From: Acidithiobacillus ferrivorans
GTDB taxonomy: Bacteria > Pseudomonadota > Gammaproteobacteria > Acidithiobacillales > Acidithiobacillaceae
NCBI GenBank assembly: GCA_020723125.1
Contig: DYJM01000002.1
Location: 1-60,015, forward strand
Direction: 5' to 3'
DNA length: 60,015 bases
Numbering within the stretch: the first letter of the stretch is position 1; each line of letters begins with the position of its first letter. Below the pieces are notes generated by a model. It had not been told where the DNA came from, did no database searches, and saw nothing but the letters and a program-made list of their open reading frames with translations. This document shows, one piece after another, positions 28,676 to 37,446 of this stretch. The translations under genes were made by a program, and so were the position numbers.

Positions 28676-28954
28676 TTACGCAGCCGGTTCAGCCTTCTTT
28701 TCTTCCGCTTTCTTGGTCACTTCAGGCTTCTTCGCTTCGACTTTCTTTTCTTCCACTTTCTTGGCCACTTCAGGTTTCTTCATTTCAGCTTTCTTCACCA
28801 TTTTCTTGTGCTCGGCCTTCTTCACCACTTTGTGCTCAGGCGCTTTGTGCTCAACCGTCTTTTCAGGAGCCTTGGCAGGCACTTCAGTGGTCGCAAAAGC
28901 AGCAGTAGCAGTCAAGAAAGACAATGCAGCAGTCAGGGCAACAATTTTCTTCAT
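28676..28954 (-). CDS. small secreted Lys/Glu/His-rich repeat protein, Asr (acid shock protein)-like
   Basis: Signal peptide MKKIVAL..AAFA, low-complexity mature part, internal 16-aa repeat, ends in EPAA; AGGAGAG RBS. Confidence 0.75.
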   Translation of the reverse strand: MKKIVALTAALSFLTATAAFATTEVPAKAPEKTVEHKAPEHKVVKKAEHKKMVKKAEMKKPEVAKKVEEKKVEAKKPEVTKKAEEKKAEPAA

Positions 28955-29027
28955 AAATAAGCTCTCCTCAAAAGATGATTACAGATTTCCGCTAGTAACG
29001 GTGCTGTGTCAGCAGCAACAAGCTCTT

Positions 29028-29043
29028 AGCATAACGCGTGCCA
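29028..29043 (-). promoter_or_regulatory. sigma-54 -24/-12 promoter (TGGCACGcgttATGCT)
   Basis: GG-N10-GC spacing, one mismatch to TGGCACG-N4-TTGCW; ~75 bp upstream of the small gene ATG. Confidence 0.85.
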
Positions 29044-29269
29044 ACTTTTTAACTCGATGATTATCATTAGAAAATAAAATATAAAAGCATTCATGGTGCT
29101 GAAACAGGCAGGATTGATCCTGGCGTCCCATCTCCAGCCAATAAAAACCTGGCCAGAAAACGCTCGGTGCAAGATTATTTACACTTATCTATCAGCCAGA
29201 TAAAAATAAGTTCCTGGTTCATTCCATAGCCTGGCAGCGATCGCCGCCATCCCGGAATGCATGGTAATA

Positions 29270-29353
29270 CGTCACTTGTTGGCGACAGGTGGAAAGGATT
29301 TTGTAATAAATGGATGATCTGATGCCGCGCGCGCCTGTCGTCATTCAACGACG
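29270..29353. promoter_or_regulatory. two GlrR-type upstream activator boxes
   Basis: CGTC-N10-GACA (29270-29287) and TGTC-N10-GACG (29336-29353), each one mismatch from TGTC-N10-GACA. Confidence 0.7.
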
Positions 29354-29437
29354 TCGCCGGAAAAACAGGTTTTGCAGGTGCCGGGAAAATTCCAGGAGGT
29401 TGCCGAAACGACTTCCTCCAGGTTCATTTTGCGCTGT

Positions 29438-29710
29438 TCAGGCAGAAGGTGGAACGAAACCTTCGGGTTGCTGCGCGCCATTACCGAAAAAGTAGGCTTC
29501 CATCTGTTTTTCCAGAAAAGTTCTGGACTTGGGATCTATCGGCGAAAGACGATATTCATTAATCAACATCGTCTGATGCTTCAGCCAACCCTGCCAGGCT
29601 TCCTTGGAAACTTCCTGATAAATACGCGCGCCCAGTGGGCCAGGATAAGGGGGACGATCCAGACCTTCCGCTTCGTGACCCAGTTTTACACATTGCACCA
29701 TTCGCGACAT
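29438..29710 (-). CDS. yggX: Fe(II)-trafficking / oxidative damage protection protein
   Basis: [18 protein letters not shown] and [11 protein letters not shown]; follows mutY. Confidence 0.93.
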   Translation of the reverse strand: MSRMVQCVKLGHEAEGLDRPPYPGPLGARIYQEVSKEAWQGWLKHQTMLINEYRLSPIDPKSRTFLEKQMEAYFFGNGAQQPEGFVPPSA

Positions 29711-29786
29711 AAGAAACTTCCTCACTAGAACATCAGGATATTAGGGAGACGCTGCCCATCTTACCTGAACCTGTCTTTCGGGCAAG

Positions 29787-30899
29787 TTACGAAGTCTGAC
29801 TTAGAATCTTGCGAACCGGGGTTGGCAATCCTTCTGCCAAGGCATTTTCCCGAGTAAACCAACGTCCTGTCAAAACTTGATCGGCGACACCCGGTGCAGT
29901 TTGAGCTTCCTGCACCGTCGCGAGAATGCAGCGGAAGTGTAATTGAAAATGGGTAAACACATGCCTCTGGACCATTGCCAGCGCCTTTACTTCTACGGTA
30001 AGACCATGACGGAGGACACAGAACTGTCGTACCCGCTCGCGCAGGAAGAGTCCATCGGCAAGGGCCTTTTGCTGCTGATCACACAGGACGGGCTGCGTGG
30101 CCCCTTCCGGACTAAATTGGGGCAGACTCCATAGCCCACCCCAGATGCCGGAATCCGGTCTTTTTTCGAGAAAAATCCGTCCATCACAATCTTCTATCTG
30201 CAACAAAAAAATGCAGCGCTCGGGTTTGCTCGGCTTGCGGCTGGGCAGCGGCAGTTGTTCACTCAAACCGCCCGCATAAGCCAGGCAACGCCGTTGTAAG
30301 GGGCATGCGTCACAGTGAGGATGGCGTGGAAGGCAAATCATTGCGCCGAAGTCCTGAATGGCCTGATTGTAGGTATGCGCATCAGCGGGGGTCAGCGCCT
30401 CTGCCAGCTTCCACAAATGCTGCAGGGTCTTGCTGGCCTTGGGATCGCTACGAATGGCCTGGGTCCGGATCAGGACACGGCGGGCATTGGCATCGAGAAT
30501 GGCGCGTTGCTGGGCAAAAGCGCTGGCCAGTACCGCAGCAGCCGTACTGCGCCCCACCCCCGGTAGCGTTTCTGCGGCTTCCGGTGTATCGGGAAATTCA
30601 CCCGCAAAATCCGTCATGATTTTTTGCGCAGCACGTTGGGCATTGCGGGCCCGGGCGTAGTAGCCCAACCCGCTCCACAAGGCCAGCACCTGGTCCTGGG
30701 GCGCAGCAGCCAAAGCCTCCCAATTGGGCAGGGCGTCCAGAAACCGCTGGTAATAAGGCCTGACACTTTCCACTTGGGTTTGCTGCAACATGATTTCCGC
30801 AAGCCACAGGCGATAACTGTCCCGAGTCTGTCGCCAGGGCAGGTCATGCCGGCCATTTTCACCGTACCAGGCCAACAATATGTCGGCAATCTGGATCAT
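29787..30899 (-). CDS. mutY: A/G-specific adenine glycosylase
   Basis: EIMLQQTQV, GLGYYARARN, LPGVGRSTA and the C-x6-C-x2-C-x5-C Fe-S motif. Confidence 0.95.
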   Translation of the reverse strand: MIQIADILLAWYGENGRHDLPWRQTRDSYRLWLAEIMLQQTQVESVRPYYQRFLDALPNWEALAAAPQDQVLALWSGLGYYARARNAQRAAQKIMTDFAGEFPDTPEAAETLPGVGRSTAAAVLASAFAQQRAILDANARRVLIRTQAIRSDPKASKTLQHLWKLAEALTPADAHTYNQAIQDFGAMICLPRHPHCDACPLQRRCLAYAGGLSEQLPLPSRKPSKPERCIFLLQIEDCDGRIFLEKRPDSGIWGGLWSLPQFSPEGATQPVLCDQQQKALADGLFLRERVRQFCVLRHGLTVEVKALAMVQRHVFTHFQLHFRCILATVQEAQTAPGVADQVLTGRWFTRENALAEGLPTPVRKILSQTS

Positions 30900-32158
30900 G
30901 GTTTCCGACTACGGATAAGCACATCTTCCGCCCGGATTTTTCCCCAGATCAGTTCTCCGATCCGCAGCGAGCCGGTGATCGGCCAGCTTGCGGGAAGCCT
31001 GGGTAGTAGCGCCCCCGGACCCGCTTTGGGCGCGGGGAGATAGGCAGCAAGGTTCAGGCGCTGGATCTGCAAAGCCAGATGAATTTTAAGGGGTTGCCAG
31101 GTTCCCGTAATGCTTCCAGACCAGGGGCTGGCATCCAGCAGTCCCTGGCGGATGCTCCAGGCGAAGCGGGGATTTTTCCAGACCAGTTTGCCACTCATTT
31201 TGAAATATCGCGGGACCCTGGGATTCGTCAATTTCGGCCAGAACAATCCCCATTTTTTAGCCAGCTCAGGCAGATGCTCTGTACTGAGGACATAGCCTGT
31301 CTGACCGGTCCATTGCGCCCAGGAAAACCGGGAATGATCAATCTGCATGTGAAAATCTGATCCGGCTTGCAGCGTTGCACTGCGCAGCGCAATTTTCTGC
31401 AGCCCTGGCTGGGCCTGTAAGTCCTGAAGGGAAAGCTCCATCCGCTGCTCAAGATTATCTCGCCAATGGACTTGTAGCGCGGGAATCTGCAGAGTTTTAT
31501 CCTGAATTTCCAGGCGCGGCATCTGGAGACTCAGGGCATCGGGAACCTGACGAGTGCCAATCAGCAATTGCAAATTGCGCAGAGAAAGTCCGCTGGTGGA
31601 GTGAATATCCATTTGCAAACGGCCCTGACCCGCATGTTGATTCCAGAACCAGCGTCCAGTAGCGGTCCCGACACCAGAACGAGGGAAACTGGCCTGCACA
31701 TCGGAGAGTCGCAATGCATGCCCCGCCAGACCAGTCCAGTGCAAACGGCCATCGCGGATCTGGACATCTCCCGGCAGACTGATATTCATATTGGTGGAAG
31801 AAGCTGCCGAGCCCGGGCTGCTTGGCCAGGGACCATACACAGAAGGCTGATCCAGAAAAATCCGGCGAATTTTTATATGCCCGGCAAGCAGGGGGCGCCA
31901 GAGCACACTGAACATCAGCCGCCGCAACCGCAGGCGGGGCTGTGCTGCTGTTCCGATCCGCAAGCCTTGCAGGGTCACCTGCAACTGCTGTTTGCCCCAA
32001 TAAAAGCGGGGATTGGCCTGCAGATGTACGGGGGCCTGCAGGCGGGCAGCGAGAACTTCTTCCAGAACAATACGGGGGCCACCGATGAACCAGAAAGCAA
32101 ACATTCCGATGAGCAGCAGCAACAGGAGCAGTATCAACCCGACCCCCATACGGTGCAT
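30896..32158 (-). CDS. AsmA-family protein (short form)
   Basis: N-terminal TM anchor, repeated amphipathic beta pattern, WRPLLAGHIKI and LNLAAYLP; upstream of mutY. Confidence 0.65.
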   Translation of the reverse strand: MHRMGVGLILLLLLLLIGMFAFWFIGGPRIVLEEVLAARLQAPVHLQANPRFYWGKQQLQVTLQGLRIGTAAQPRLRLRRLMFSVLWRPLLAGHIKIRRIFLDQPSVYGPWPSSPGSAASSTNMNISLPGDVQIRDGRLHWTGLAGHALRLSDVQASFPRSGVGTATGRWFWNQHAGQGRLQMDIHSTSGLSLRNLQLLIGTRQVPDALSLQMPRLEIQDKTLQIPALQVHWRDNLEQRMELSLQDLQAQPGLQKIALRSATLQAGSDFHMQIDHSRFSWAQWTGQTGYVLSTEHLPELAKKWGLFWPKLTNPRVPRYFKMSGKLVWKNPRFAWSIRQGLLDASPWSGSITGTWQPLKIHLALQIQRLNLAAYLPAPKAGPGALLPRLPASWPITGSLRIGELIWGKIRAEDVLIRSRKP

Positions 32159-32165
32159 GCGTGAT

Positions 32166-33878
32166 CTAGCTATGGCCGGTCTCCAGGGCCACAGAAAAAT
32201 CTCCCGCCAGGGCACCCATTGCCAACTGTTCGGCTTCGGCAATGGATGTCTGGCGGATGATTTCCTTCACCTCGGGGATTGCGCCCGGGTACATACTGAA
32301 TTCCCGCAAACCCAAGCCCAGCAGTAATGGCGTAAAGGCCGGATTGGCTGCCATTTCGCCACACATGGCTACCGGAATACCCTTGGCACGCCCGGCCGCA
32401 ATGGTGTGCTGAATCAAAGCCAGGACGCCGACGTGCAAAGGATCAAAAAGATCATTGACATCATCATCGCCGCGATCCACCGCCAGGGCATATTGGATAA
32501 GATCGTTGGTCCCGATGGAGAAAAAATCCGCACAACCGGCAAAATAGTGCGCAGCCACGGCCACGGCGGGCACTTCTACCATAATCCCGAGAGGCATATC
32601 TGGATCACAGGGCAGCCCCTCGCCACGCAATTCTGCCTGCAATTCACTCACCAGCGCCCGGCTTTGCAGCAATTGGCTCATACTGCTGAGCATCGGCAGC
32701 ATCAAACGCACCGGCCCCAAAGCCGAAGCCCGCAATATGGCCCGCAAATGTGGGCGAAACCACTCGGGCCGACGCAGACAAAGGCGCAGTCCGCGCAAAC
32801 CCAAAGCCGGATTCAGGGCATTATGTGTGGTCGTTTCATCGTCACTTAATCCCTTGTCGGCACCAATATCCAACGAGCGGATGGTCACGGGGGCACCCGC
32901 CATTTCGGTCACCACCCGGGAAAAGGCCTGATACTGCTCTTCTTCATCAGGAATATCGGGACGATTCATAAACAGAAACTCACTGCGATACAGCCCCACA
33001 CCATCGGCATTCATGCGCCGCACCAGACTGGAGTCGTCCGGTAATTCGATGTTGGCCCGCAAATGAATTTCCACACCATCGGCAGTAATGGCGGGCAGAT
33101 CCCGTTGTTCTTCCAGAAGCCGGCGGCGGCGCTGTCGTTGTTCCTGTAAGCCTTGATACTGTCGCAGTACCAGCGCGTCGGGTGCCACCAGAATGATGCC
33201 CTGATCACCATCGACAATGACCATGTCGCCGCTGCGTAGCAGACGACTGGCAGAATGGGCGCCAACGACTGCTGGCAGGCCAAGACTCCGTGCGAGAATG
33301 GCGGCGTGCGAGTTTGCTGCGCCAAAGTCGGTCACCCAGGCCAGGACCTTGTCCTTTTTCATGAGCACGGTATCAGCAGGGCTCAACTCTTCGGCAATGA
33401 TGATTTGTCCTTCCGCACTTTGCAGCGTCGGCGGCTCCCAGCCAACGAGCTGCCGTAACACCCGATCGGTCACCTGAATGATGTCTTCCCGCTTGGCACG
33501 CAGATAGGCATCTTCCATGCGGTCAAAAATTTCCAGCAGGCGTTCCCGTTCCAGTTGAATGGCCCAGGCCGCATTGCGGTGATCTTCGCGAATGGAACGT
33601 AATGGTCTTTCCCGCAAGGCGGGATCATCCAGCATCAGGAGATGCGCATCAATAAACAGGCGGGTATCCTGGGGTGCGTCGGCAGGAATCACGTCACGTA
33701 TGGCAAAAAGTTCATCACGGGCACGGCTGAGCGCTGCACGCAAGCGCAACACTTCTGCCTCCACGGCTTCTGGCGCCAGGAGATGTTCAGGAATATCCAG
33801 CGTCGTCGGCTCCAGCACCAGCGCTGTGCCAATCGCAATGCCACCAGAAGCCCCTATACCTGCCAGTTCAAAACTCAT
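32166..33878 (-). CDS. ptsI: PEP-protein phosphotransferase, PTS enzyme I (no GAF domain)
   Basis: SHAAILARSLG, GVGLYRSEFL, SIGTNDLIQY and MCGEMA motifs. Confidence 0.94.
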   Translation of the reverse strand: MSFELAGIGASGGIAIGTALVLEPTTLDIPEHLLAPEAVEAEVLRLRAALSRARDELFAIRDVIPADAPQDTRLFIDAHLLMLDDPALRERPLRSIREDHRNAAWAIQLERERLLEIFDRMEDAYLRAKREDIIQVTDRVLRQLVGWEPPTLQSAEGQIIIAEELSPADTVLMKKDKVLAWVTDFGAANSHAAILARSLGLPAVVGAHSASRLLRSGDMVIVDGDQGIILVAPDALVLRQYQGLQEQRQRRRRLLEEQRDLPAITADGVEIHLRANIELPDDSSLVRRMNADGVGLYRSEFLFMNRPDIPDEEEQYQAFSRVVTEMAGAPVTIRSLDIGADKGLSDDETTTHNALNPALGLRGLRLCLRRPEWFRPHLRAILRASALGPVRLMLPMLSSMSQLLQSRALVSELQAELRGEGLPCDPDMPLGIMVEVPAVAVAAHYFAGCADFFSIGTNDLIQYALAVDRGDDDVNDLFDPLHVGVLALIQHTIAAGRAKGIPVAMCGEMAANPAFTPLLLGLGLREFSMYPGAIPEVKEIIRQTSIAEAEQLAMGALAGDFSVALETGHS

Positions 33879-34156
33879 GCATCTTCCCCGAATCGGTCCT
33901 TAGCCAGCGCCAGCAAGGCATCGGCACAGGCCTGCTCTCCCTCTCCTTCGGTTTCCAATGTCAGAACGGTTCCCTGGGCTGCCGCCAGGGTCATCAAGCC
34001 CATGATACTTTTACCATTGACCCGCTGACCATCGCGCTCCAGCCAGACAGCACAGGGGTAACGTGCCGAAAGACTGACAAACTTCGCCGAAGGCCGGGCA
34101 TGCAAGCCCAACGAATTAATAATAGGATAGTCAACACGGACCGTCACAACACTCAC
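33875..34156 (-). CDS. ptsH: phosphocarrier HPr/NPr
   Basis: GLHARP (His15) and NGKSIMGLM (Ser46). Confidence 0.93.
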   Translation of the reverse strand: MSVVTVRVDYPIINSLGLHARPSAKFVSLSARYPCAVWLERDGQRVNGKSIMGLMTLAAAQGTVLTLETEGEGEQACADALLALAKDRFGEDA

Positions 34157-34276
34157 TCCCTGACAACAAGGTCAGACTCAAATGCTTTCAGCATAACCTG
34201 ACCGCGAAGGTGCGACCATAGCGCCGACAACACCGGGTATTGTGGCGAATGACCGCTACCCGTTCCAGGCTTATGT

Positions 34277-34684
34277 TCAGGTACGCGGCGCAGCACGCAG
34301 CGCAAGAATATCCACAACGCCCTGCACAGCCCCATCCAAGGCCCCCTGACGGGCTGCGGCCAGACCTTCTTCGCGCCGCGATAAAGCCCGCAGCAGCATC
34401 GCCAGATTCAAACCGCTGATGGCTGCTACGCGGTCTTCGGGAAGAATTGCCGGAATCAGGTTTGCCGGGGTTGCTCCGTAAAGATCATTGAGAATCAGCA
34501 TGGCATCACCTTCGGGCAGTTTTTCAATGAATTCCCACAGGCGCTTGCGCCCGGTTTCGGGATTGGCGTCGGGCAGAATCTCCACAACTTCGACGGCTGC
34601 TGGCATGGTGCCGAAAATATGTTCCAGGGTATTGGCAAATGCCACGCCCATACCTGCATGGGTGAGCAGAACAAGGTGAATCAT
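34277..34684 (-). CDS. stand-alone PTS EIIA, mannose/fructose type
   Basis: LLTHA, DLYGATPAN and GLNLAML motifs. Confidence 0.88.
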   Translation of the reverse strand: MIHLVLLTHAGMGVAFANTLEHIFGTMPAAVEVVEILPDANPETGRKRLWEFIEKLPEGDAMLILNDLYGATPANLIPAILPEDRVAAISGLNLAMLLRALSRREEGLAAARQGALDGAVQGVVDILALRAAPRT

Positions 34685-35583
34685 GTCAAAGTCTCGGTGA
34701 TATTCAGTTCTCGATGCTGAATCAGAATGCGTTGGCCTTTACTCAGTAATTCACGCGCCAGAACTTCCACCATGTACACACTGCGGTGCTGCCCCCCCGT
34801 ACAACCCAGGGATACCGTCACATAATTACGATGTTCCCGGGCAAAGGGGGGTAACCACAGCTGCAAAAAACTCCGCAAGGATTCCAGCGCGGTCTCTAGC
34901 TCTGGACGCCCTGCCAAAAAAGCCTGTACGGCAGCATCACGCCCCGTTAAAGCCCGCAATGCTGGATCATAGTGGGGATTGGGCAAGGCGCGCAGATCAA
35001 ACACAAAATCAGAATCCAGTGGCAGCCCGCGCTTGAAGGCAAAGGACTGCAACAGCAATACCAAACCGCCATAATGCTGCGACGCCAGGCTCCAGGCCTG
35101 CACCCGCAGGCGCAACTGGTGGGCATTGATCCGGGAAGTGTCCAGCCTTTTGTCTGCCATATCGGCGAGTGGCTGCACCATTTCCCGCTCCCTTTGCAGG
35201 GCTTTCAGCAGGGATTCACCGGGAGTAGCCGCACTGTCATCGGTGAGGGGATGGCGGCGGCGGGTTTCACTGTAGCGCTGCAACAGGGTGTCTTCACCCG
35301 CTTCCAGAAACAAAATACGCGGACGCAGTCCATAGGCATCCCGTAAATCCTTGAGGGCCTGCGGCAAGGCTGCAAAAAAATGGCGATTGCGCACATCGAT
35401 GCTGACGGCCGCCAATAATGACTGCCCCTCGCGATGCGCCAGCTGCGCGCCAAAGGCCACCAGCAGGGTAGCGGGCAAATTATCCGCACAATAATACCCC
35501 TGATCTTCGAGGGCCTGGAGCACCGTGGATTTTCCCGATCCTGACAGTCCGCTGACAATAATGAAGTCCCGCTCCGCCATCAT
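34681..35583 (-). CDS. rapZ: RNase adapter RapZ (YhbJ)
   Basis: SGLSGSGKS, DNLP, ETRRRHPL, LPNPHY and GCTGGQHRSV motifs. Confidence 0.95.
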   Translation of the reverse strand: MMAERDFIIVSGLSGSGKSTVLQALEDQGYYCADNLPATLLVAFGAQLAHREGQSLLAAVSIDVRNRHFFAALPQALKDLRDAYGLRPRILFLEAGEDTLLQRYSETRRRHPLTDDSAATPGESLLKALQREREMVQPLADMADKRLDTSRINAHQLRLRVQAWSLASQHYGGLVLLLQSFAFKRGLPLDSDFVFDLRALPNPHYDPALRALTGRDAAVQAFLAGRPELETALESLRSFLQLWLPPFAREHRNYVTVSLGCTGGQHRSVYMVEVLARELLSKGQRILIQHRELNITETLT

Positions 35584-36512
35584 TCCTCCCCGACACTCAG
35601 ACGTACCTGTTCTTCAAAGTCAGCGAGCATGTCGCCACCGGACTCTTTCACATACTGGCTGCGGGCCGCCGCTTCCACCAGCACGGCAAGGTTGCGTGCC
35701 GCCGAAACCGGAATGCGCAAGCGCGTCAGCGGAACCCCCAGAATATCCAGATTGTCGACCTTACCCTGCAGTCGGTCGATGTCGGCCAGCTCCATATCCT
35801 GCATATCCTGTATTTCGACCACCAGACGAATGCGTTTGGAACGAACAATAGCCGCCGCGCCAAAAAATTCCCGGATGTTGATAATGCCCAAGCCCCGCAC
35901 TTCCAGAAAATTCCGCAAAGGAGCCGGACAATGCCCGGTGATCACCTGAGGCGCCTCACGCACACATAATACGCTGTCATCGGCTACCAGACGGTGACCA
36001 CGGCTAACCAGCTCCAGCGCCAGTTCGCTTTTGCCGATACCGGCCTCGCCCTGCAACAACAACCCAACGCCCAGTACATCCACCAACACCCCATGCACTT
36101 GCTGCCGGGGAGCCAGCTCGCGATGCAGGTAAAGTTGCAGACGGGCGAGTACCTTCGGGGCCTCCAAGGCAGTCGTCATGACCGCCACTTGCCGGGACCG
36201 CAGTGCCTCCAGAAGTTCCGGACTCAGCGTTTCACTTTCGCAAAGTACCAACAGGCTCAGCTTCCCCGTTAGAAATTGCTCAAAACTCAGGGGGTTATCC
36301 CGTAAAAATTGGAGTTCACAAGTTCCGGCTATTTGTACGACGTGGGGACGAATAAAATTCAGAAAACCGACCAGAGCCGCGCCACCAACATCGTCTTCCG
36401 CCCAGGGGTCGCCACGCAGCTGGCAATCCTTATCTGGGCTATACAGACAATCCCAGAACATCTCCTTGTGGAGATCTTCGCAAAGCCGACGCAGACTGAT
36501 TTGTCTTTCCAT
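35580..36512 (-). CDS. hprK: HPr(Ser) kinase/phosphorylase
   Basis: GEAGIGKSELALELV, GHRLVADD and LEVRGLGI. Confidence 0.95.
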   Translation of the reverse strand: MERQISLRRLCEDLHKEMFWDCLYSPDKDCQLRGDPWAEDDVGGAALVGFLNFIRPHVVQIAGTCELQFLRDNPLSFEQFLTGKLSLLVLCESETLSPELLEALRSRQVAVMTTALEAPKVLARLQLYLHRELAPRQQVHGVLVDVLGVGLLLQGEAGIGKSELALELVSRGHRLVADDSVLCVREAPQVITGHCPAPLRNFLEVRGLGIINIREFFGAAAIVRSKRIRLVVEIQDMQDMELADIDRLQGKVDNLDILGVPLTRLRIPVSAARNLAVLVEAAARSQYVKESGGDMLADFEEQVRLSVGEE

Positions 36513-36532
36513 GTCCGCGTCTTCCCTGAAAG

Positions 36533-36979
36533 CTAATCAGAATGGGTCATTGCGGTACAAAACCCCTCGGCATTGTGCACCTTGAGCAAGTCTGCACGCA
36601 CTGCCTCAGAGGCCAAACGTACCGCCAGGGTCGAAAGAATTTCAAGATGCGCCGTAGCCGCCGTTTTGGGTACGGCCACCGCAATAAATACCTGCACATC
36701 CAGTCCATCGGGTGCGGCAAAAGAGATTCCCTGAGCACTGCGCAGGGCTGCCACAGCCACCTCAGTTACGCCGTCAATGCGGGCATGGGGAAGGGCAACG
36801 CCATGACCGATTCCGGTGGAACCCTGCTCTTCACGACTTTTCAGGGCCTCGGCAATGACGGGGGCTGTTTGTCCGGTCGACTCTGCGAGAAGCGCCGCCA
36901 AGGCGTCCAGCACGGCTCCGGCATCCGTAACCGGGGGATCAATCAGAACTTGTTGGGGAGTCAAGGGCAGAGTCGTCAT
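36533..36979 (-). CDS. ptsN: PTS EIIA(Ntr)
   Basis: REEQGSTGIGHGVALPHAR motif. Confidence 0.9.
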   Translation of the reverse strand: MTTLPLTPQQVLIDPPVTDAGAVLDALAALLAESTGQTAPVIAEALKSREEQGSTGIGHGVALPHARIDGVTEVAVAALRSAQGISFAAPDGLDVQVFIAVAVPKTAATAHLEILSTLAVRLASEAVRADLLKVHNAEGFCTAMTHSD

Positions 36980-36988
36980 GGTTCAGGG

Positions 36989-37330
36989 TCATTCCATCTC
37001 GACAATGGCTGCCAGACCGGAAGGATTGTCATTACGCCGGTCCTGGCGTTTTTCCTTGTAACTGTCAATCTGGCCTTCCAGTTTTTCGGTGACCAGATCC
37101 AGGGCGCGATACATGTCGGCATGCTGGGATACGGCGTGAAACACATGACCAGCCGCATACATGGTCACATCAGCAGTATTTTCGGGATTTTCATGGGGCG
37201 CATGTTTCAGAACAACCCGGGCATCAATCACCTGATCAAAATGTCGATCAAGCTTGCTGATTTTATCTTCTGCATGGTTTTTCAGGGCTTCTGTCAGGTC
37301 CAGGTGCTGACCGGTAATGGTAATTTGCAT
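36989..37330 (-). CDS. hpf: ribosome hibernation promoting factor
   Basis: MQITITGQHLDLTEAL and DMYRALD; downstream of rpoN. Confidence 0.92.
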   Translation of the reverse strand: MQITITGQHLDLTEALKNHAEDKISKLDRHFDQVIDARVVLKHAPHENPENTADVTMYAAGHVFHAVSQHADMYRALDLVTEKLEGQIDSYKEKRQDRRNDNPSGLAAIVEME

Positions 37331-37446
37331 GGCGCTCTCCTGTCCTCTTGCGAGGATTGTTTATGATAATCGCCCCTGCTCGGGGTCCGGCTTCAGTGTA
37401 GCGCCAACCGCCGCCACAAAAAACCCTGTATTATGGACGTCGAAAA

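Noticed and set aside
28690-28860. Tandem CTTCTT-rich DNA repeats as a possible CRISPR array or VNTR
   Set aside because: Explained by Lys/Glu codon repeats of the small protein; no constant repeat with unique spacers and no cas genes.
29050-29062. IHF site (minus strand AATCATcgagTTA) as a stand-alone feature
   Set aside because: One mismatch to a short degenerate consensus in AT-rich DNA; kept only as supporting context for the sigma-54 promoter.
32166-36979. PTS genes without any sugar permease
   Set aside because: A regulatory PTS with hprK, EIIA, HPr and EI downstream of rpoN is a known arrangement in many proteobacteria.
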